IMG/VR virus record: IMGVR_UViG_3300032069_000005
Coordinates: 22,232-86,231 of that record
DNA from: a virus
Direction: 5' to 3' (one strand)
DNA length: 64,000 bases
Both the position numbers and the translations under genes were made by a program. Each line of letters opens with the position of its first letter. Position 1 is the first letter of the stretch. This document shows, piece after piece, positions 56,942-64,000 of the stretch. Under the pieces are notes generated by a model that saw nothing but the letters and a program-made list of their open reading frames with translations, was not told the DNA's origin and made no database searches.

Positions 56942-58948
56942 TTACCAATTTACTCCCACACAATGAAGTTTTAAATCTTTATTATTGTGAGTTGTAATTT
57001 TCCATTTCATTTGTGTTCCAGAAGGTTGTCCAGAAATGTCTACCGCATCCGATACTAAAATCCTTTTTCCAGTATCATAATCTCCCTCATCTGTCAAAGT
57101 ATGCTGTGTCCAATTAGAACCATTATTTCTTGAAATATACGCCTTTAAATCTGTATTAAGAGTAATGGAATCTACATCTTCTTCCATAATTACTATACGA
57201 GATTGTGTTGGTGCTTCTTCTGCTATTGTTGCCAAAGAAATAAGAGTCATATTATTAAAAATTGTATTATAAGTTTTAAAATTAAAATTAACATCGTTCC
57301 AATACGACCAAACCGCATCGTCGTAATAATGCCCCCTAGCAGTTAATACTTCCACATTTCCGCACCATTCAATATAATTAGTATTATCTACTCCTCTATC
57401 ATCATTTAAAACTATCCAATATTTTGTTCCTAAAGTCAATGATATTGGTGTAGTAAAAGTAAAAGTATAATAAGTATCACTTGTTGATATTCCCGAAACA
57501 TCTAATGCAGAGCTATCTATTCCTATCTGAGTAAGCGGGTCGCCGCTTCCATTATCAGAATAAATTTCTACCCACATATTTCCCGTAGGAGAATTTACTT
57601 TTCTTAATTGAACAGCTATTTTAGATAAATCGTAATTTTCAGTAGGAGTAAAAGGATAAGCTAACAAACTTTGACCGGTCTTACTTAAACCTACTCTATT
57701 ATCTACCACCACATCTCTGCTATCTTTTAGATTATCAGTAGCTGTTGGTTTGTATAAATCATTTGAAGAATCATAATCTTGATTTTCCGATGTATCTGTG
57801 TCTACTCCGGTTTCATCTTCAAATTCATCCATTAATCCATCTAATAAATTAAATTTTATTAAACTTCCTTGAACTGCTAATTTAAAAAATCCTAACATTA
57901 AATTATAAAATAATTTATTTATAGTTCCTGCCAAGCCAGCCAATTGGCTGTGGTCATAAGTTCCTTCGTGAGTAGAAACTGCTCCGAGAGGTTCTTTATT
58001 ATCTAAACTTTCTTGAACAGTTATGCCTGTCTCATCAGTAGGAATTTCCGATGCGACTTGGTCTGCCGTAGCTCCATCTTCTATCCCATCAAGTTTAGTT
58101 CCATCTACAGATAAATCTCTGCCATCTATTTTTATACCAGAAGCAACATCTAAATCCGATTTTAATAAGCCATTATTTATCAATTCTGTTTCATTAATAG
58201 TTACATAAGTCTCAAAATAATAATCTTCAGCAACTTTACTCCAACTTCCTGCTCCACCAGTTACCCTGCTTCCTCCACTATAAACATTTGTGTTATTTTT
58301 TATTAATTCTACTTCACCAGATGAACTAAAAGTAACTGCATACATTACCCCAGATATTACTGAAGCTGGAATATTAAAAATTACATCAAATTCTCCACTT
58401 TCTGAGGGAATGTTATCACTTGAAATATTAACTGTAGCCAAAACATTCCCATTTGGTAATTCATTGGTAACTTCTTCTATATTTACTGTGAGAGTATCTG
58501 GATTTTGGCAATACCCTTTCAAAATTATTTTACTCAATAAACCTGTTCGTTCAACAGTAAAAGTCTGCCCTTCATTCTGTGCTTCCTTGGCTGATGTTCC
58601 TGTAGTTTGCTGCTGGTCTAAAATTTCCTCATTTGCCTGTATCAAAGTGTTATCTGTATTTTGGTCGTGTAATTGAGCAAAATCAGGTTTTCCACTTATA
58701 TTATTCCAATCTACTTCAGAAGCATTTCCAACATTTATCCAATCAGTCAATTCCCCCGAAGAAGATGAACTATTCCAAGTATACATACTATCATTGGATT
58801 TTACAACATAACAATCATTCTCGGAATTTCCTGTCAAAGGTAAGTCATTGACAGTAGGCACAGTTCCTTTTAATTTTAATAAAGCAGTATCCAATATTAA
58901 ATTAAACTGTCCGGTGCGGGGGTTGATTTTTTGTTTAAAAATACTCAT
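56942..58948 (-). CDS. virion fibre/decoration protein with two beta-sandwich repeats
   Basis: Start MSIFKQKINP at 58948 (GGAGG SD); two GQTF/AYPF...P...L...Y domains; DGTKLDGIE fibre motif. Confidence 0.6.
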   Translation of the reverse strand: MSIFKQKINPRTGQFNLILDTALLKLKGTVPTVNDLPLTGNSENDCYVVKSNDSMYTWNSSSSSGELTDWINVGNASEVDWNNISGKPDFAQLHDQNTDNTLIQANEEILDQQQTTGTSAKEAQNEGQTFTVERTGLLSKIILKGYCQNPDTLTVNIEEVTNELPNGNVLATVNISSDNIPSESGEFDVIFNIPASVISGVMYAVTFSSSGEVELIKNNTNVYSGGSRVTGGAGSWSKVAEDYYFETYVTINETELINNGLLKSDLDVASGIKIDGRDLSVDGTKLDGIEDGATADQVASEIPTDETGITVQESLDNKEPLGAVSTHEGTYDHSQLAGLAGTINKLFYNLMLGFFKLAVQGSLIKFNLLDGLMDEFEDETGVDTDTSENQDYDSSNDLYKPTATDNLKDSRDVVVDNRVGLSKTGQSLLAYPFTPTENYDLSKIAVQLRKVNSPTGNMWVEIYSDNGSGDPLTQIGIDSSALDVSGISTSDTYYTFTFTTPISLTLGTKYWIVLNDDRGVDNTNYIEWCGNVEVLTARGHYYDDAVWSYWNDVNFNFKTYNTIFNNMTLISLATIAEEAPTQSRIVIMEEDVDSITLNTDLKAYISRNNGSNWTQHTLTDEGDYDTGKRILVSDAVDISGQPSGTQMKWKITTHNNKDLKLHCVGVNW

Positions 58949-59661
58949 TATAAAATTCCTCCATTTTTGGTTAGAATATTTTGTATTTTTTCTTGATAAA
59001 TCTTTTGCCAATAATTTCTGTTATGATTGGCTCTCGTGTTACATTGTTGGCAAGTAGTAATCAAATTATATTCCTGGCAATTCTTTTTATCATAATCAAT
59101 ATGATGAACTTCTAAAACTCTACCCATAACTATCAAGTGTTCTTCTTCAGTCATTCCGCAATTCTGACATTCGTAGTTGTCTCGTTTGCGGATAGAATCT
59201 TTGAGGGTTTTATTAAATTCTTGTGGATAAAGTTCATAACTTCTTCCATCTATAAAACAATGATTTTTACTTCCTAATTGAAAACATTTCAAACAGTATT
59301 TTGATTGTGGTCTAATAATTTTCTTACAATTTAAACATTTATTCTTGGGTTTTCTTCTAAATATTCCCGAACAATGCTGACATCTCGTCGAATAAATATT
59401 TATCACTTTTCCGCAATCGATACATTTTTTATTTTTAATATTGTTTCCGTGTTTATAATTTGAATTTCTAATACCTTTACTTGCACAAGAATGGCAATAA
59501 TTGGCGTAAAAATTATTTAATTCTTTACCACAATCTTTGCACTTATGCTCTTTTTTGTGCCGCGTTCTATATTTTTTATTACATAAATTGCATCTTTTAT
59601 ATTTTGGTTTGCTAATTTCTTTATTACAGTCTATACAATAAAATTTAGTTTTATATGACAT
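58948..59661 (-). CDS. HNH endonuclease with Zn-ribbon repeats
   Basis: Four CxDC/RCxxC repeats; IRKRDNYECQNC...VHHIDYDKKN. Confidence 0.9.
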   Translation of the reverse strand: MSYKTKFYCIDCNKEISKPKYKRCNLCNKKYRTRHKKEHKCKDCGKELNNFYANYCHSCASKGIRNSNYKHGNNIKNKKCIDCGKVINIYSTRCQHCSGIFRRKPKNKCLNCKKIIRPQSKYCLKCFQLGSKNHCFIDGRSYELYPQEFNKTLKDSIRKRDNYECQNCGMTEEEHLIVMGRVLEVHHIDYDKKNCQEYNLITTCQQCNTRANHNRNYWQKIYQEKIQNILTKNGGIL

Positions 59662-59663
59662 TT

Positions 59664-59945
59664 TTATTTTATTGATTCACTCATTATCTCTTTTAATTGT
59701 GCTGGTAAAACATAATTATATCCACCACGTCCAGCGACTACAGTATCATATTCACCTGCTTTAACACAGTAACGACCTTCATTGCCATCTGAATTGTAGC
59801 GAGCAATTAAAATAAGACCTTTATTGTCCATAAAAATAATATATTCATTATCGTCCCCAGTTACATTTGAACCAGTATAAGAATTGCAAAAGAAAAAATT
59901 ACTCATTCCAAAACTAATACTTTTACTTACTCTTTTCTCAGACAT
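59664..59945 (-). CDS. hypothetical protein
   Basis: AAGGAG SD, 93 aa. Confidence 0.55.
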   Translation of the reverse strand: MSEKRVSKSISFGMSNFFFCNSYTGSNVTGDDNEYIIFMDNKGLILIARYNSDGNEGRYCVKAGEYDTVVAGRGGYNYVLPAQLKEIMSESIK

Positions 59946-59995
59946 TTTTTATTTACTCCTTTGTAGTTAATAAATTTTTTTATTTTATCCCAAAA

Positions 59996-60700
59996 TTATG
60001 GGGTATATTCTTCCCAAGTTAAATTTAAAATAATTTTTCTTGTATCAGAAGATGTTCCTGCGTCTGGTTGTCTACAAACAATACCTTCGCCTGGGGCTAA
60101 TATTATTTCTCCATCTTCTGATAATATTAATTCTTGCTGATGGGAAACTCCCACTCCAACTGCGGTCAATACCGAAGTAACTATAAAAGCACATATAGTT
60201 GCTCCTGCCGTTAAACTTAATCCTGTAGACGCGGTTAATACTAATCCGCTGGGATTAGGTTCTGAACTTTCTATTTTCGCTGGTGTTAATTGTGCTCCTG
60301 AAGCTGTTCCAGTAAATGTTACTCTTTCTATACTAATTCTCGGTGCAGTAACACATACAAGTGCGGTAGTAGGAGCTACTCTAAATAAAATTTTTCTTAT
60401 TTTCAAATTTTTAGTATTACCTACTGGATTGATTATCCAAAAAAATCCAGCAGTTGCGGCGTGAGCTGATACTTGAACTGTTAAATTACCTGAATGAACT
60501 GCAAATTTTGGACATAATGAATTTGGTGCAGCAACTTCTTTACCATCTGAATCATATAAAGTTGCTCTCAATGCTTTACTTATAGGGTCTATTTTTAATT
60601 GGTCGGAAGAATCACCACTTTTAAGTATAGCCCCTCTTTCTGATTTTAAAGTTTGTTTTAAATGATTTAAAAAATATTTAATCATTTTTATTTTCCTCAA
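59996..60700 (-). CDS. putative virion protein
   Basis: Ala/Thr/Gly-rich beta protein ending NLTWEEY. Confidence 0.55.
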   Translation of the reverse strand: MRKIKMIKYFLNHLKQTLKSERGAILKSGDSSDQLKIDPISKALRATLYDSDGKEVAAPNSLCPKFAVHSGNLTVQVSAHAATAGFFWIINPVGNTKNLKIRKILFRVAPTTALVCVTAPRISIERVTFTGTASGAQLTPAKIESSEPNPSGLVLTASTGLSLTAGATICAFIVTSVLTAVGVGVSHQQELILSEDGEIILAPGEGIVCRQPDAGTSSDTRKIILNLTWEEYTP

Positions 60701-61095
60701 CCTATTAAATAATTAATTTTAAATTTGTCGCTGATATAGCCTTCAAGTGATTTTGCATAAATTTTAAATTCCCCATTTCCTGGAGCAAATTTTAAATCTA
60801 TTGAATCACATTCTAATTCGTCAAGTTCCTTCCCAGTTGGTGCTTCGTATGCGAGGTTACCTGTAATTTGAGAAGTAATTAAAACATCTGAATCAGTTAT
60901 AATAAATTCTTTTTCTGAAACAGGAACTGTTCCAAAATCTATTTCACATTGTTTAATATTGGTAGAACCTGCTCCTGGAACTTTCCAAGTTTTATCTCCA
61001 AATAAACATTTAGTTCCATCAGCACCAGTTCCTCCCAAGTCAGTTGTTTTTATTTTATTGTCAATATCTAATATTGGAACTTTTCGTAATGTCAT
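60697..61095 (-). CDS. putative virion fibre protein
   Basis: LGGTGADGTKCLFGDKTW fibre-like motif. Confidence 0.55.
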   Translation of the reverse strand: MTLRKVPILDIDNKIKTTDLGGTGADGTKCLFGDKTWKVPGAGSTNIKQCEIDFGTVPVSEKEFIITDSDVLITSQITGNLAYEAPTGKELDELECDSIDLKFAPGNGEFKIYAKSLEGYISDKFKINYLIG

Positions 61096-61106
61096 TATTT
61101 TAATTC

Positions 61107-61759
61107 CTAAATTTCAAAAGTTAAGCAACCTAAATCAGAATCGTATTGTGCTCTTCTATTATAGGCTTCATCATAATTTGATTTTAATGCTGTAGTAAAT
61201 GCAACTTCTATAGCATCTAAAATTGTTTTATTAGAATGTGTATGAGAATTGGTTACTGCTCCATCATAAGATGCTTTTAGAGCAGTTGTAAATTCCTGTT
61301 CTATTGCATCAAGAGTTGCTTTATTTGAATGTTCGTGTTTCTTTGTAACCGCATCTTTTAAATCCGCAGCCGATGCGGTATTTCCAGCCCCATCATCTAT
61401 CGATTCTGCTTTATCAACTATGTCATTTGCATTGGCATCATAAGTTGATTTTAACATATCGCCTAAACCCAATTCTTCAAAAAGAACAGCCCAAGAACTT
61501 CCATTGTATTGATAAAATTTATTTTCATCAACAACATAGGTAAGTGTGCCAATTTTGGGTGCATCAAATTTCCAAATAGCACCATCATACCAAGCGATGT
61601 TTTTTTCTTTGCCTGACCAATCTCCCGATGCCCCCTCCTCCCTACTATATATCTATTGCCTTTGGCTGGAGAACCTGGAGGAGTTGATAAATCTTTATCT
61701 AATACTGCTGGCTGAAATTCATAAGACTCAAGAACAGGAACTCTGTATGGTATAGTCAT
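61107..61759 (-). CDS. DUF2793-like virion protein, frameshifted at 61631-61642
   Basis: STPPGSPAKGNRYIVG then shifted frame GASGDWSGKEKNIAWYDG.W.F..P..G, continuing into ORF 61107-61472. Confidence 0.7.
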
Positions 61760-61762
61760 TTT

Positions 61763-61987
61763 TTATTCTCCAATTATTAAAAAATTTTTTAGTTGATTAT
61801 CAAAATAAATACTATCTAATATTTCTTTATTTGAATGAATGTGCCCCGATTCCCCTTTTAGCCCACCTTCTATAGTAATATTTATTAATGGAATTTCAGT
61901 AAAAGAAAAATTAAAAGATTCTTTGATTAATAATACATTTATGGGTTGAGATTTTTCAAGTGTTATTTTAATTATTTCTCCAACCAT
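61763..61987 (-). CDS. hypothetical protein
   Basis: Coupled ORF; HIHSNKEILD echoes the HxHSNK repeats of the downstream gene. Confidence 0.5.
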   Translation of the reverse strand: MVGEIIKITLEKSQPINVLLIKESFNFSFTEIPLINITIEGGLKGESGHIHSNKEILDSIYFDNQLKNFLIIGE

Positions 61988-62322
61988 TAAACATTCCCCG
62001 TTACATTTAATTCAAATAAAATAGTTCCCATTAAAATAGTAACATACTCCTCATTTTTTACAGTAATATCATAAAAATAAGAACCTAATAAATTAGTGTC
62101 GTTAGAAGTTAGCATTATAACAGTTTGACCTTTTAATGGATTAGTGTGTTGAGTAATGATTTTTTTTATTTTAGCATTAGCATAAGAATCACTGAGTTTT
62201 TCTTTAACTGTAAAATAAATAGTCCAATTAGTTATGTTTGGAAATGTTTTATCTTTATTCTGAAAAATTAATGTAAAATTTTTGGTATTTCCTTTTATAA
62301 TTTTTAAATCTAATTTTCTCAT
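61987..62322 (-). CDS. BppU-N-like virion protein; first gene of the late operon
   Basis: Start MRKLDLKIIKGNT at 62322 (GAGG SD); ITNWTIYFTVK...YFYDI. Confidence 0.55.
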   Translation of the reverse strand: MRKLDLKIIKGNTKNFTLIFQNKDKTFPNITNWTIYFTVKEKLSDSYANAKIKKIITQHTNPLKGQTVIMLTSNDTNLLGSYFYDITVKNEEYVTILMGTILFELNVTGNV

Positions 62323-62338
62323 TCTTTCCTCATAAAAT

Positions 62339-62384
62339 AAAAAAAGCCCAAAACAAAGTCTAAAACATAACTTTATCTTGAGCT
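62339..62384 (-). terminator. intrinsic terminator ending the leader RNA
   Basis: 15-bp stem AGCTCAAGATAAAGT/ACTTTGTTTTGGGCT (G-U pairs valid only on the - strand) followed by a U-tract. Confidence 0.75.
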
Positions 62385-62756
62385 TTAACTTTTGGGAGTG
62401 GTTCTTGGGAGACGCTTGGCGACTCCTGTTACCACTCTGAAATTCCGACAATAAAAGAAGTCGGATATAATAACATTAAGAGTAGCTACTCAGTTGAAGA
62501 GCGACTTCAACTTATCCTATTCGCTACCCTGTATCCTTTTCTACTCAATTTGCCCTGCTTGCAAACAGATAGGAATGGCTCACCTTTCGAGTGTATACAT
62601 AACCTTTTCCGAGCCAAAGTCGACCAGGCATCCCCAATCCAATTACCTTTGAAAGTCAGAAAAGGAATAAGTATCAAATTTAATAAGCGATTTTCGTATT
62701 TTATGGCACGCACTCTATCGCTTGAAACGTCGCCAATGCTCTACAACGAGCTTACA
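62339..62756 (-). ncRNA. candidate ~420-nt structured ncRNA / late leader
   Basis: Bounded by a promoter and a terminator; at least seven helices; more GC-rich than its flanks. Confidence 0.55.
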
Positions 62757-62762
62757 CTACTA

Positions 62763-62790
62763 AGTATATATCAAAAATCGATTTTGTCAA
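62763..62790 (-). promoter_or_regulatory. sigma70-type promoter
   Basis: TTGACA-N16-TATACT on the - strand with AT-rich upstream DNA. Confidence 0.7.
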
Positions 62791-63114
62791 GTAATATTTT
62801 TTATTTTTTACTTAATAATATAAATACTTAATACTATTGTATTTATATAATCAGTTTTATGCCAAATTTATAATCTCTCTCTTCCCCCCCTAATACCCCT
62901 CTATCTTACTCTTATTATAATATTGTTACTGTAACTGTTACTATAATACTATTAATTGACTAACTTACTCTCGTAAGTTAGTAGAACTCGAATGTTGAAA
63001 AGCACATTCTCGTTCTCTATTTTTTTATCAATTTATGTTCTTTTCTTCTCTGCTGGGGCTACTCAGGGAAGAAAAAACTTAAATAAACCCAAACATTGAT
63101 TAAATTATCCTGGG

Positions 63115-63482
63115 GGTAGGGGGAAGCTTCCGGTGCGACATCTACCTTCTTCTACCTATGTATAGGTAGGAAATAGGTAGAAACCCAAATAAATGATACA
63201 ACTTCATTATTTCTAACGAGGTAGATATGAGGTAGAAACTCATCTACTAAAATGGTAGATAATAGTAGAAAGGCAGTATTTGCCTCCGGCAACCACTAAA
63301 TTAGCTAAATTGCTAATTTAATCACAACTCTTTTATTTTCAATTAGGTAGATATAGGTAGATTACAAAAATAATCTAACTGTATTATTATTTTCTGTGGT
63401 AGAAGTGAGGTAGAAACAAAGGTAGATAGATTACCCATTGAAATATATAGAGTTAAATAAGGTAGAAACTCCAACTTCTACC
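63115..63482. repeat. array of GGTAG(A) motifs in both orientations
   Basis: About 17 copies, many in pairs 10-12 bp apart, in non-coding DNA. Confidence 0.75.
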
Positions 63483-64000
63483 TATAATAAAGATAAATGT
63501 CCGATATGTCCCATAAATGCCCCATAATGAAAAAAGAAGGTAATTTCTATTATCCTATAGTATCTTTGCTAAAAAAACTATCCCCCCTATACCATAAATA
63601 ATGTAGTTCTTATTAATTCGCCGAACAGCTCCGACCAGGGGCGATTTATTCTCCGAAGATATTTTAATTAATATTGATATAAGTCCAATAGATTATGAAA
63701 GTTACGATTAAAATAATTAAATATTAAATTAGCCCGAAGAAGTCCAGATGAAGAAATAATAAATATTTATTCTAAGTGCTTGCAGTAAAGGTAATTAAAT
63801 TGGGCAAAGCGATAGAAAGGTATAGTCGTATAGTTTCCGAAGAATTTTCGGCTTTTTGCTAAACTGAACTCCCCCTAGGTTGGCATAACTCATTGTATTA
63901 TAATAGGATAGAATAAAAACAAGGCAGGGCATATTATAATTTACTTATAGAGTAAGTCAAAATCAACTTACCTAAACTTACTTCTTTTATTATTCTTTCC

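Noticed and set aside
930-61755. Numerous 60-150 aa antisense ORFs in the track
   Set aside because: They lie opposite well-supported genes and have no motifs; shadow ORFs.
62507-62831. Short ORFs 62507-62713, 62550-62831 and the 5' extension of 61987-62451
   Set aside because: No clear SD, atypical composition, and they overlap a promoter, RNA helices and a terminator.
63115-63482. CRISPR array
   Set aside because: Repeats are only 5-7 bp, irregularly spaced and in both orientations; no cas genes.

Overview
AT-rich fragment of a tailed dsDNA bacteriophage genome (siphovirus-like: tail tube and tape measure, no sheath seen; bacterial SD sequences and a sigma70-type promoter) with two converging arms. 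The + strand (1-31.2 kb) carries replication/recombination genes (primase-helicase, Hjc-like and RuvC-like resolvases, RecA, PolB, Mre11/Rad50), DNA-modification genes (two Mom-family enzymes, an N6/N4 methyltransferase next to an archaeal-type SAM synthetase), a protein-processing cluster (deformylase, M50, M16, ClpP) and a glycosylation island (CDP-alditol synthase, LicD, PseB-like, intein-containing glycosyltransferase). The - strand (31.2-62.3 kb) is the virion morphogenesis operon (intein-containing terminase, portal-ChaB, protease/scaffold, capsid, neck, tail tube, tape measure, tail tip) with three HNH endonucleases and an unannotated ribosomal protein bS21. Most striking: each Mom gene contains, inside its 5' coding region, an identical 75-nt non-canonical tRNA-Gly(UCC) cloverleaf with the GUGC T-loop and missing D-loop GG typical of non-proteinogenic tRNA-Gly, suggesting a DNA hypermodification cassette that supplies its own glycyl donor. 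Also notable: a ~420-nt structured RNA with its own promoter and terminator at the head of the late operon, five intergenic hairpins immediately followed by CCA, two frameshifted genes and a helically phased GGTAGA array. All calls come from reading motifs by eye; no searches were run.
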